Shown one piece after another: positions 38,625 through 48,196 of a stretch of 64,000 bases of DNA. Made by a program: the position numbers and the translations under genes. Source of the stretch: Candidatus Woesearchaeota archaeon (GTDB lineage: Archaea; Nanobdellota; Nanobdellia; SCGC-AAA011-G17; UBA489); the NCBI GenBank assembly GCA_964344635.1, contig CAYFOE010000004.1:279-64278 (forward strand), written 5' to 3'. The notes beneath the pieces were generated by a model that made no database searches, had not been told where the DNA came from, and worked only from the letters and a program-made list of their open reading frames with translations. Numbering within the stretch: position 1 is the first letter of the stretch; every line of letters starts with the position of its first letter.

Positions 38625-39281
38625 ATGAAAGTATTGTGTATAGTGGCTCATCCAGATGATGAAGTTTTAGGCATTGGAGGAACAATATCAAAACATGTCA
38701 AGGATGGAGACGAGGTATTCATAGCAATAGTTAGCGAAGGCGTCAGTGCACAATACAAAGATTCTGAAAAATATTTAGAACTGAGAAGGAAAGCCTGTAA
38801 AGATGCTGCAGATTTTTTAGGTGTTAAAGAAGTAATCTTTGGAGAATTTCCTGATGCTAAATTAGATACAGTTTCCTCTTTTGAGATCAATAAATTCATC
38901 GAAGAAATAATTGATAAAACCTCTCCAGATAGAATTTATACTCACCATTGGGGAGATAATCACAAAGACCACAAAATTGTTCACGAATCCGTATTAGTGG
39001 CTGCAAGAAACTCCTTATGTGACATATACTGTTGCGAAATAGCGAGTTCTGGCGATAAAACCGGGATTCCTACTAATTTATTCTGTCCTAATTTTTACGT
39101 TGACATCTCAGATCACCTAAAGAACAAACTTAAAGCCCTGAGTTTTTATTCCACTGAATTAAAAGAATACCCTCACCCAATTTCAGAAAAAGCTATCGAG
39201 GCTTTAGCAATGGTTAGAGGGTTTAAAGTAAATATTAAACTTGCAGAAGCATTTGTTTGTTTGAGAAAAATTGAGAGATAG
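38625..39281 (+). CDS. PIG-L family N-acetyl deacetylase
   Basis: AHPDDE, D.H.DH, YVDIS motifs. Confidence 0.9.
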   Translation: MKVLCIVAHPDDEVLGIGGTISKHVKDGDEVFIAIVSEGVSAQYKDSEKYLELRRKACKDAADFLGVKEVIFGEFPDAKLDTVSSFEINKFIEEIIDKTSPDRIYTHHWGDNHKDHKIVHESVLVAARNSLCDIYCCEIASSGDKTGIPTNLFCPNFYVDISDHLKNKLKALSFYSTELKEYPHPISEKAIEALAMVRGFKVNIKLAEAFVCLRKIER

Positions 39282-39284
39282 AAA

Positions 39285-39830
39285 ATGAAAAAAATACTTG
39301 TTCTTGGATCCACTAAAGAATTAGAAGAAAAAAAACTTTCACAGCATTGCACAAGCGATGAATATCCTCTCGGAACCAAATTCGAATTTGCTAATTTTCC
39401 CGAAGTAGACTTGAATGTTCTGCCATTACCCTTTAAGACAAATGAATTTGATGGGATTTTTGCAAGCCATATCTTAGAACACACAATACCCTACCAGTTT
39501 TTAGACTTGATGAAAGAAATAAACAGAATAACTAAACCTGGAAGCGAAATAAAAATCTACGTTCCTCATTTTAGTAATGAATCAGCCTTAGCACCAATAA
39601 CTCACTATACCGTTTTTGGAAAAGACACATTTAATGAAATTTGTGATAATGTCAGCGGTTGGCAAAGATACATGAGTGGCTGTTTTAACCTCAAATGCTC
39701 TGAAATCCAGATCCCTGGACGATTCTTTTTTTGCAAATGGGTTTCCCAATCAACATATGAAGCAAAATTTGCAAGATTTTTCCCCTCCAGCGAAATAAGG
39801 TTTGTTCTAGAAAATATAAAGAAAAAATAA
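39285..39830 (+). CDS. Methyltransferase-like protein, paralog of 30613-31200 with degenerate SAM motif
   Basis: DLNVLPLPF, ASHILEH, EINRITKPG, VPHFS; motif I reads LVLGS. Confidence 0.7.
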   Translation: MKKILVLGSTKELEEKKLSQHCTSDEYPLGTKFEFANFPEVDLNVLPLPFKTNEFDGIFASHILEHTIPYQFLDLMKEINRITKPGSEIKIYVPHFSNESALAPITHYTVFGKDTFNEICDNVSGWQRYMSGCFNLKCSEIQIPGRFFFCKWVSQSTYEAKFARFFPSSEIRFVLENIKKK

Positions 39831-39908
39831 GCTTTATAATGGTAATATCGCTTACCGTAATACTTTTATGCATACAATATTCCTTTTTTGAGACAATAGG
39901 TCGTTAAA

Positions 39909-41036
39909 ATGAAATCTAAAGACAATCTGGACTTTGCAAACAGAGCTAAGAGCTATATCATAGCCGAAGCTGGAGTAAACCATGACGGTAGCCTTGAGAA
40001 AGCAAAAAAGTTAGTGGATGCAGCAATTTTTGCAGGTGTTGACGCAGTTAAATTTCAGACATTTAAAACAGAAAAAATTGTCACTGAAGACACTAAGCAA
40101 GCAGATTATCAAATAGAAAATCTGGGAAAAGACGAAGGCCAATTCAAGATGTTAAAAAGACTAGAGTTAGCTGAATCTGATTTTAAAGAAATAAAAAATT
40201 ATTGTGGTGAAAAAGGAATCACCTTTTTATCTACGCCACACAGCGGAATCTGGAGTGTAAATATTTTAGAAAACTTAGATATAGATTTTTACAAAATAAG
40301 TTCAGGAGATTTGAACAATAAACCCTTACTAGATCATATTTCAAAATTAAAAAAACCAATCGTACTTTCTACAGGAATGGCAACTATGGAGGAAATATCT
40401 GAAACACTGAATTGGATAAAATCTGTGCCTAAAAATCAAATTGTAGTCCTTCATTGTACTTCAAGCTATCCCAGTTCCGAAGAAAGAGTTAACTTAAATG
40501 CAATGGTGACCATCCGGGAAGATCTTGACTGTGTAGTTGGTTATTCGGACCATACAATGGGGTTAGAAACAGCAGCTATTGCTACATGTCTTGGATCGAA
40601 AGTTTACGAAAAACATCTTACATTAGATAGAAATGATGTCGGTCCAGACCATAAAGCCTCATTAGAGCCAAACGAATTTAAGAAAATGGTAGAAATCATT
40701 AGGTTAATTGAAGAAAATGATTTGAGAAATCCAAAAGAAGCCTTTGAATTCTTGAATTCTAAAGGATTTGAACTAAATGAAGAATTAATTGATACAATCT
40801 TAGGGAAATCTGAAAAATTCCCAGATGAACTAGAACTAGAGATTGCAAAAGTTTCAAGAAAAAGTTTAGTTGCGTTAAAAGATCTGAAAGCCGGAGAAAC
40901 ATTGAATGAAGAAAATATGGGTATTAGAAGGCCTGGAGAAGGATTACCTCCAAAATTTTATGGGAAACTGTTAGGATTAGTTTTAGCAAAGGACGTAAAA
41001 AAAGGAAAATACATATTAGAAGGAGATGCAAAATGA
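39909..41036 (+). CDS. neuB: Nonulosonic acid synthase (NeuB/LegI family) with SAF domain
   Basis: IAEAGVNHDG, AVKFQTF, KISSGD, LHCTSSYP, GYSDHT, EKHLTLDR, GPDH, RRPGEG. Confidence 0.92.
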   Translation: MKSKDNLDFANRAKSYIIAEAGVNHDGSLEKAKKLVDAAIFAGVDAVKFQTFKTEKIVTEDTKQADYQIENLGKDEGQFKMLKRLELAESDFKEIKNYCGEKGITFLSTPHSGIWSVNILENLDIDFYKISSGDLNNKPLLDHISKLKKPIVLSTGMATMEEISETLNWIKSVPKNQIVVLHCTSSYPSSEERVNLNAMVTIREDLDCVVGYSDHTMGLETAAIATCLGSKVYEKHLTLDRNDVGPDHKASLEPNEFKKMVEIIRLIEENDLRNPKEAFEFLNSKGFELNEELIDTILGKSEKFPDELELEIAKVSRKSLVALKDLKAGETLNEENMGIRRPGEGLPPKFYGKLLGLVLAKDVKKGKYILEGDAK

Positions 41037-41968
41037 CAAAAAAAATTAAGATATTAAGATCTGCAGTGGGAAGCTCTCCATCTTTAGGTTTGATTAAAGA
41101 ATTACAAGCTAACAATTTTGAAATTATAGGACTAGATTGTGACCCCAATTCATTCGGTCTATTCTATCTAGAAAAAGGTTATGTTATACCTTTAGGAAAA
41201 AGCGAACAATTTATTCCCAAACTGAAAGAAATTATAGAGAAAGAAAAACCACAAGCAATACTTCAGGGTCCAGAGGAAGAGATGGAAGCATTAGCAATGA
41301 ATAAAAAAGCCCTTAAAGAATTGGGTATGAAAGTGTTATTGCCAGACATAGAATCTGTAAAAATATGTACCGATAAATTAGAAACTAAAAAGTTATTTGA
41401 TAAAATTAATATCCCTCAACCGGAAACTTATTCTGAAACAAACATTAAATTTCCATGTATCCTAAAACCAAAAAAAGGAAGAGGTGGAACAGGAATATAC
41501 AAAATCGAAAGCAAAAGCGAATATGAAATCTTAAAAAATAGAGAAAAAGATTACATAATTCAAGAATTTGTAGATGGAGAAGAATACACTGTAGATTTAT
41601 TATCCGGAAATGAAGGAGAAGTTTTGTCAATTGTTCCAAGAAAAAGAGTTTGCATTGAGTCCGGCGTGGTTTCAAAAGCAATCACTTGCAACGATGAAGA
41701 AATCATTAAATATTGTAAAAAAATATCTCAAGAATTAAAGTTATTTGGCCCTTCATGCATTCAATGCATAAAAGGAAAAAATGGGGTTAAATTTTTAGAG
41801 ATTAATCTAAGATTCGGTGGAGGTTCAATCTTATCTGTTAAATCTGACCCCAGCTTTATTGAAAATTTAAAAGCATTAATCTTAGAAGAGCCAGTTAAAA
41901 CAAGCAAGGGTTTTAAAGAAAACCTTATGATGTTAAGAAATTATCAGGAGATTTATGTACAAAAATGA
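41033..41968 (+). CDS. ATP-grasp ligase (carbamoyl-phosphate-synthase-like)
   Basis: DK..TK, ILKPKKGRGG, IIQEFVDGEEYTVD, EINLRFGG. Confidence 0.85.
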   Translation: MTKKIKILRSAVGSSPSLGLIKELQANNFEIIGLDCDPNSFGLFYLEKGYVIPLGKSEQFIPKLKEIIEKEKPQAILQGPEEEMEALAMNKKALKELGMKVLLPDIESVKICTDKLETKKLFDKINIPQPETYSETNIKFPCILKPKKGRGGTGIYKIESKSEYEILKNREKDYIIQEFVDGEEYTVDLLSGNEGEVLSIVPRKRVCIESGVVSKAITCNDEEIIKYCKKISQELKLFGPSCIQCIKGKNGVKFLEINLRFGGGSILSVKSDPSFIENLKALILEEPVKTSKGFKENLMMLRNYQEIYVQK

Positions 41969-42618
41969 AAAAGGCTATCTTCTTTGATTTAGATTACACC
42001 CTATTTGATACCGAAGACTATTATTCTGCAGGCTTAAAGGCAGTTTCTGAATATCTGGAATCCGAAAACTCAGTAGATTCTTCAGTCACTTTTGAATTCT
42101 TATTAGGTCTGTGGAAAGAAAAAACTAGCAGATATGCATCCCTTTTTGACGATGTTATAGAAAAATTTAACCTAGAAGTTGATGCTAAAAAGTTAGTCGA
42201 AATATTTAACTCAGTCAGTCCTGATCTGAAACCCTATGACGATGCTACCGAAATTCTAGACTTATTGGAAAATAAACATTACCTAGGTATAATTACTGAT
42301 GGAAACTCTAAACGCCAAAAAAGAAAAATAGATATTCTTTTTGGCAATAAATATTTCGATAAAATTATTTGTAGTGGAGATCTTGATTCAGACAAATCTT
42401 CCACTAAACCCTTCAAATTAGCTAAATCTTGTTGTGATGAGGGAGTTAATTTTTATTATGTAGGGGATAATCCAGTTATAGATTTTAAATCTGCAAAAGA
42501 GGAAGGATTTACAACCATAAGAATCCTAAGAGGAGAATACGGAAAAGAAAATGTAGGTCAAGAATGGATCGACCACAGTATAGAAACACTAACAGAGGTT
42601 GCAGAAATTATAAAATGA
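41965..42618 (+). CDS. HAD-superfamily hydrolase
   Basis: FDLDYTL, ITDG, KP, YVGDNPVID. Confidence 0.9.
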   Translation: MKKAIFFDLDYTLFDTEDYYSAGLKAVSEYLESENSVDSSVTFEFLLGLWKEKTSRYASLFDDVIEKFNLEVDAKKLVEIFNSVSPDLKPYDDATEILDLLENKHYLGIITDGNSKRQKRKIDILFGNKYFDKIICSGDLDSDKSSTKPFKLAKSCCDEGVNFYYVGDNPVIDFKSAKEEGFTTIRILRGEYGKENVGQEWIDHSIETLTEVAEIIK

Positions 42619-43748
42619 AAATTGGAATAGTCACAGGGACAAGGGCAGAGTTTGGAATACTGAAACCACTAATAAAAAAAATAGAACACTCAAAGAAGTT
42701 AGACCTCCAATTATACGTTACAGGCCTACACCTTGAGAAAGCCTACGGCAATACTGGAAAAGAAGTAAAACGTGAATTCAGAAATGTAAAAAGTGTTAAG
42801 ATGTACTGCAAGGCAAAAGAAAGTCAATATCACGCAAAAGGACTCTCTGAGGGGATAAGCAACCTATCCAAGGTATTTGAAAGAGACAATATTGATATAG
42901 TAATGATCCTAGGAGACAGGCTTGAAGCTTTGGCTGCGACACTTGCTGCAGCATTACAAAACATCCTTATTGCCCACATTCATGGAGGAGACAAAACAGA
43001 TAGCGGTCACATTGACGAGAATATTAGACACTCAATAAGCAGGTTCGCACACATTCATTTTGTTGCTACAAAAGAACACGGATTAAGGTTGGTTAAAATG
43101 GGAGAAGAGAGAAAAAGAATTTACAATGTTGGCGCTCTAGGCATCGATTCATTAATTGAGCTGAAAACTATCTCTAAAGATAACCTTAGGAAAAAACTCG
43201 ATGTAGATTTTGAAAAACAAGTTATTCTTTGCATATTCCACCCATTTATGTTAGAATCAGCTAAATCAGGCATATACATGAAGAGAATTGTTAAGGCATT
43301 AAAGAATGTAAGAGAACAAGCAATAATCATTTATCCAAACAATGATGCAGGAAGTAAAGATATCATCAAAGAAATAAAAAAAATTGATGACGAACACATA
43401 AAAGTGTTTAAGAATCTAGACCACGATATCTACGCTAACTTGATGAAGCACAGCTCAATAATCATTGGAAACTCAAGCAGTGGAATAATTGAAGCAGCAA
43501 CATTCGATTTACCGGTGTTGAATATTGGAATGAGAAACGTAGGAAGAGCATACGGAACCAATGTTTCTTTTTGTGATGTCAATGAAAAAGAAATCACTAA
43601 ATCAATCAATAAACTCCTAAATCTAAAAAAGAATGGAAAAAAGTTTAGAAACATTTATGGAGATGGAAAAACCAGCGATAAAATAGTTGAAATCTTAGAA
43701 TCCCTAAAGATTGACGATTCTTTGTTTAGAAAAAAAATAACCTACTGA
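42615..43748 (+). CDS. neuC: Hydrolysing NDP-GlcNAc(diNAc) 2-epimerase (NeuC/LegG)
   Basis: GTRAEFG, LGDRLE, HIHGG, GNSSSGIIEA, YGDG; start at the ATGA overlap, 42615. Confidence 0.9.
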   Translation: MKIGIVTGTRAEFGILKPLIKKIEHSKKLDLQLYVTGLHLEKAYGNTGKEVKREFRNVKSVKMYCKAKESQYHAKGLSEGISNLSKVFERDNIDIVMILGDRLEALAATLAAALQNILIAHIHGGDKTDSGHIDENIRHSISRFAHIHFVATKEHGLRLVKMGEERKRIYNVGALGIDSLIELKTISKDNLRKKLDVDFEKQVILCIFHPFMLESAKSGIYMKRIVKALKNVREQAIIIYPNNDAGSKDIIKEIKKIDDEHIKVFKNLDHDIYANLMKHSSIIIGNSSSGIIEAATFDLPVLNIGMRNVGRAYGTNVSFCDVNEKEITKSINKLLNLKKNGKKFRNIYGDGKTSDKIVEILESLKIDDSLFRKKITY

Positions 43749-43764
43749 AAAGATTTGATTTAAA

Positions 43765-44826
43765 TTGAAAGATAAACAACCCAAAATACTGTTTGTGTGC
43801 GGAAAACCCCCACACCCACTGCATAAGGCATTTGCAGAGTCCATAGGAGCTGATTTTTTTCATGCAGGAGATGCAGGATTAAAATATATTCTAACTAATT
43901 TAAATAAAATTCCTAAAAACTATGATATTTACTTCACAGAAGGCTTATTTGTTTATACAGTCCTGAGCAGATGGCTAGGATTTATTAAAAAATCTGCAAA
44001 AATCATAAACATTTTTTCAGACCCAAGAATTTACCAACTCTGGTCCGGAAAGAAATTTGACTTTAAAACTAATTCTGTGAAAAAATTCCCCTCACTAAAG
44101 AAATGGCTTTTGAAAAAGATTATTTCCAAGGTAGACGCAGGAATCTGTGTGGGTAAATTTGAGAAAGACATTTTAAACTCCCTTTTTCCAAAAATGCCTT
44201 CAAAAAGTGTTAAACCCTGCATCAATAAAACATTTTTTAATCTAAAGCCTCAAGAATATAATAAAAATAACATATTATTTGTTGGAGGAGGTCCAGACTT
44301 TGACTATAAGGGCCTGGATTTTTTAATTGAAACTTTTGCAAAATTAAGGGAAGACTGTTCCTGGAAAATTAAACCTGAATTATATGTTGTGGGTTCTAAC
44401 TGGGAAAAATTCCAAAAAAGTCATAGCATACCCAGAGGCGTTAAATTTTTAGGCGGAAAATCACCTGAAGAAATCATTAAACTCTCAAAAAATTGTTCAG
44501 TTTACTGCCATTTTGGTAGAGGTGAAGCATATGGTTTAGTGGTCTTGGAAGCGATGGCAATGGGCTTATACCCTATTGTTTCAGATTTGACTGGAGCAAA
44601 AGAAGCAGTAGAAGATGTAGGACTCAGACCATATTCCTTCGACGATCAGAAAGGAATCCTCAAAACTATCAAAAACCAACTGAATGCCTCCAAGAAAGAC
44701 AAGAAAAAACTTGGAAAGAAATTTATGGACTACGCTGGAGACTACACCTTAAAATCCAGTTTAGTAAGTTTTAAAAGTGAATTTTTCAAGCTGGTTAAGG
44801 AGCTAGAAAAAAATGAAAAATCCTAA
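43765..44826 (+). CDS. GT4-like glycosyltransferase
   Basis: KGLDFLI, EAYGLVVLEAMAMG. Confidence 0.85.
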   Translation: MKDKQPKILFVCGKPPHPLHKAFAESIGADFFHAGDAGLKYILTNLNKIPKNYDIYFTEGLFVYTVLSRWLGFIKKSAKIINIFSDPRIYQLWSGKKFDFKTNSVKKFPSLKKWLLKKIISKVDAGICVGKFEKDILNSLFPKMPSKSVKPCINKTFFNLKPQEYNKNNILFVGGGPDFDYKGLDFLIETFAKLREDCSWKIKPELYVVGSNWEKFQKSHSIPRGVKFLGGKSPEEIIKLSKNCSVYCHFGRGEAYGLVVLEAMAMGLYPIVSDLTGAKEAVEDVGLRPYSFDDQKGILKTIKNQLNASKKDKKKLGKKFMDYAGDYTLKSSLVSFKSEFFKLVKELEKNEKS

Positions 44827-45772
44827 AATCTCTGTAGTAATTCCTGCACGTAATGAAGAAGAAGATATAGTTGATACATTGAACGCAGTGGCTAAACAGG
44901 AATATCCAAATAAAGAAGTGATAGTTGTTAATGATGGATCTACAGATAAAACCCAAAAACTAGTTGAAGACTTCTCAAAAAAACACAAATATGTTAAACT
45001 AATCAACTATGAAAAAGGACACTCAGCAGCATTTGCAAGAAATCGCGGAGCAGAAAATGCAAAAGGTGAGATCATAGTTTTCCTAGACGCAGATACAGGG
45101 ATCAATGAAGGTTTTTTGAAATATATTGCTGAAGATTTTTCAGACTTTGACGTTCAAGCAGTAGGCAACGGTAAGCAAAATACCTATACCAATCTTCTTT
45201 CCCACTTACTTGCACTACTTGCATACACTCCTAAAAAAAGTAGGATGGGTAAGAAAAGGAGACTAGTAAATGAATTCGTAGGCTTTAATGCATTCGTAAT
45301 CAAAAGAAAACCCTTTATTAAAATCGGAGGCTTTAACGAAAAAGTATTCTACTATGAAGACGAAGAGATGACTAGAAGGTTCTTTTCAAATGGTTTCAAA
45401 GCAGTATGGGACCCCAGACCCTTGTTTTATTCTCTACAACCCTCAACTTGGAAAGGATTTTACAGACAATATGCTTGGTCAGGTAAAGGCATTGCTACAA
45501 TAAAAAATAAAAAATTAAGACGCAAGAGATCCATATACTGCTTAATAAAAGTTTTATTCGTATTCTTTCCATTCTTACTAATGGCATTCTCTTTAAAACT
45601 AGGAATTAGTGCACTTTTGGCATTTTACGCCATCACATATTTTTATGCACTAAGAGCAAGCAAAAATGCAATACTTTCTTTTTTGATAGTGCCCATAATG
45701 TATATAAAAAATATCTTCGAACTATATAATCTAATTAAATTTACCATTCTTAAGAAAAATGAAAAATCCTAA
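44813..45772 (+). CDS. GT2 glycosyltransferase (tandem copy 1)
   Basis: VVIPARNEE, VNDGSTD, FLDAD, YEDEE; C-terminal TMs. Confidence 0.9.
   Translation: MKNPKISVVIPARNEEEDIVDTLNAVAKQEYPNKEVIVVNDGSTDKTQKLVEDFSKKHKYVKLINYEKGHSAAFARNRGAENAKGEIIVFLDADTGINEGFLKYIAEDFSDFDVQAVGNGKQNTYTNLLSHLLALLAYTPKKSRMGKKRRLVNEFVGFNAFVIKRKPFIKIGGFNEKVFYYEDEEMTRRFFSNGFKAVWDPRPLFYSLQPSTWKGFYRQYAWSGKGIATIKNKKLRRKRSIYCLIKVLFVFFPFLLMAFSLKLGISALLAFYAITYFYALRASKNAILSFLIVPIMYIKNIFELYNLIKFTILKKNEKS
44908..45063. repeat. 156 bp exact direct repeat, copy 1
   Basis: Identical to 45854-46009 by manual comparison; offset 946 bp. Confidence 0.9.
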
Positions 45773-46700
45773 AATAACAGTAATAATCCCTGCACACAAC
45801 GAAGATGAAATCATCCTGGATTGTTTAAACAGTGTAGCTTCTAACAATTACAAAAATAAAGAAGTGATAGTTGTTAATGATGGATCTACAGATAAAACCC
45901 AAAAACTAGTTGAAGACTTCTCAAAAAAACACAAATATGTTAAACTAATCAACTATGAAAAAGGACACTCAGCAGCATTTGCAAGAAATCGCGGAGCAGA
46001 AAATGCAAACGGAGACATATTTATCTTTTTAGATGCAGACACAGTAGTTAATTCTATTTTTTTAGAAGAAATCTCAAAAAATTATTTAGTTGCAGACGGA
46101 TTTTCTACAATGAACGTTTCACTGAAAACAAAAATTTTGCCAAAAATCCTCTCTGCGTTCGTAGGGCCCTCAGATAAGCTGAACTTAGAAAATGGAACCA
46201 TCTCAGATTCCCCTGGCTTTGTGAAACCAATGTTCTTTGCAATGTCCGCAAAAGCTTATAGAAAAATAGGCGGTTATGACGAAGAAATATTCTACTATGA
46301 AGATGAAGATCTTACAAAAAGATTCTATGATTCTGGCTTCAAATCAGTCCTAGTTAAGAACGCCATACAATCCTTTGAGTTGCCAGCAGACCTAGGCGGA
46401 TTTTATAGACAATGTAAGTGGATAGGTTTTGGAACAAACACAATAAAGGACACCCAACTTAAGAAATCTCTTTTCAAAAGCTGGACATTGAAATTTTTCT
46501 ATGTTATATCTCCCTTATTATTCCTATTCAACAAAAACTTCTTTTTTACAATACTTATAGCCAACTTGTTGTTAGTCTATCTAAGCCTGGTCAAGAGAAA
46601 TCACAATCCCCTCATCTCAATATTTGCATTGCCTTTCTTTTACATAAAAACAGCGCTAGTATTTTTTGGCCTCATTTCCAAGAGAAAAAAGTCTTCCTAA
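45759..46700 (+). CDS. GT2 glycosyltransferase (tandem copy 2)
   Basis: IIPAHNED, VNDGSTD, FLDAD, YEDED. Confidence 0.9.
   Translation: MKNPKITVIIPAHNEDEIILDCLNSVASNNYKNKEVIVVNDGSTDKTQKLVEDFSKKHKYVKLINYEKGHSAAFARNRGAENANGDIFIFLDADTVVNSIFLEEISKNYLVADGFSTMNVSLKTKILPKILSAFVGPSDKLNLENGTISDSPGFVKPMFFAMSAKAYRKIGGYDEEIFYYEDEDLTKRFYDSGFKSVLVKNAIQSFELPADLGGFYRQCKWIGFGTNTIKDTQLKKSLFKSWTLKFFYVISPLLFLFNKNFFFTILIANLLLVYLSLVKRNHNPLISIFALPFFYIKTALVFFGLISKRKKSS
45854..46009. repeat. 156 bp exact direct repeat, copy 2
   Basis: Identical to 44908-45063. Confidence 0.9.
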
Positions 46701-48196
46701 TTTTTTCCCGAATTTCTAATTAGATCTAAATCTTCTATTGTAAGCTCTTTTAGCATAAAGAGTAAAGCTGCATAAGTTATTATTCCCAAGATGACTAAAA
46801 TTGAATTTCCAAGAATAGAACTTTCCGAGATAAATTTTTTCAAGTTAAAAATGACTGCAAACATAGCAATACTTGAAAGAGAAATTTTGAAAAGTGAAAC
46901 TTTCTTTACCTTTATTCTTAAACTATCATCCGCACTGAAGACTAGCAAGATCAGTAGAATTGCCCAGCTAAGTATAGTAGCTATCCCTGCGCCCATTGTA
47001 GAATAAATCTGTCCAAACTTGAGGAGACCTTTTATCAGATAATAGTTAAGGGCAATGTTTGCAATTAATGCAACTATCGTACATATGGCAAGGCTCTTTA
47101 TCTTGCCCTTTGCCTGGTATAAGCTGGAATAAAACGAAACAAATGGGAAAATAATTATCAATGGAGCCATTATTGACACAATTTTATATGCTTGAAAATA
47201 ATCCATGCCAAAAACAATAGTTATTACACCTTGAGCTACACTTACAATCCCCAGTGTTGCAGGTATTGAAAGAATTAAGAGATACCTTGAAATATCCTTT
47301 GAAGTTTCAGAAAAACTTGTTTTTTTAAGTTGAGTAAATACCGGTAACAAAACATTAGAAAATGCAAACAGTGAAGATATTGTAAGTATCAAACTCAACC
47401 CTGCACGATATATTCCAATGTACTCTGCATTCAAGAACTTTCCCAACATTAACGTATCAACTGATGCAAAAAATGCCAATGAAAATCCAGTTATTCCTAA
47501 AAGACTGATATATGTAACTAATTTTCTTTTAAGAATTGGCTCCCTAGGCCCTAAAAATAAATACTTTCTTTTTCTTAAGAAGAAAAAAGTCGTAATTATT
47601 GAAGCAAGAATAGCAAGTGCAAATCCTAAAAACAAACCAGCTAGCTTCCATTCATCTGAAAGATAAGTTATTGCTAAAAACGACAAAACTATTTTTGTAA
47701 ATTGATTGCTCATCTCGATTAAAGGAGTTTTATTAACCTCCTTCAATGCGTAGATCATTGTAAGGAACAGATCTTTTACAGAAATGAAGATTATATAGAA
47801 CCCAGATAAAACTAAAGGAAGCACAATTTCTGGCTTTTCAAATACAGTAAATGCAAGATACTTAGTTAGTGCCAACAATATGGCAATTATAGTCAAACTT
47901 ATCGAAATTTTTAATTTAAACAAGTAAGAGAAATAACCTCTAAGCTTAGAAAAATTCTTTTTACCCAAAGTTTTTGAAAAATACCTTAGTGCCGCACCAT
48001 TAATTCCCATATCTGTGAATGTTATTGCAATTAGAACAATGGACAAAACCAAGTTGTAAATACCGAATAATTCTGGAAGAAGTAATCTCGCAATTAATAC
48101 AGTAAAAATTAAACCACCAAGTTTACCAACTATAACAGACAATAAACTAAATATAGAATTTTTGAAGATTAAATTCTTAACCTTACCTTTTTCCAT
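46697..48196 (-). CDS. Wzx/MOP-family oligosaccharide flippase
   Basis: 499 aa, about 14 TMs; IARLLLPELFGIY, DTLMLGKFL, GIYRA motifs; closes the glycan locus. Confidence 0.88.
   Translation of the reverse strand: MEKGKVKNLIFKNSIFSLLSVIVGKLGGLIFTVLIARLLLPELFGIYNLVLSIVLIAITFTDMGINGAALRYFSKTLGKKNFSKLRGYFSYLFKLKISISLTIIAILLALTKYLAFTVFEKPEIVLPLVLSGFYIIFISVKDLFLTMIYALKEVNKTPLIEMSNQFTKIVLSFLAITYLSDEWKLAGLFLGFALAILASIITTFFFLRKRKYLFLGPREPILKRKLVTYISLLGITGFSLAFFASVDTLMLGKFLNAEYIGIYRAGLSLILTISSLFAFSNVLLPVFTQLKKTSFSETSKDISRYLLILSIPATLGIVSVAQGVITIVFGMDYFQAYKIVSIMAPLIIIFPFVSFYSSLYQAKGKIKSLAICTIVALIANIALNYYLIKGLLKFGQIYSTMGAGIATILSWAILLILLVFSADDSLRIKVKKVSLFKISLSSIAMFAVIFNLKKFISESSILGNSILVILGIITYAALLFMLKELTIEDLDLIRNSGKN

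Noticed and set aside
27323-48196. Phase variation through homopolymer tracts in glycan genes
   Set aside because: Only A/T runs of about 8 nt or less, expected at this AT content; no poly-G/C tract in coding regions and all frames are intact.
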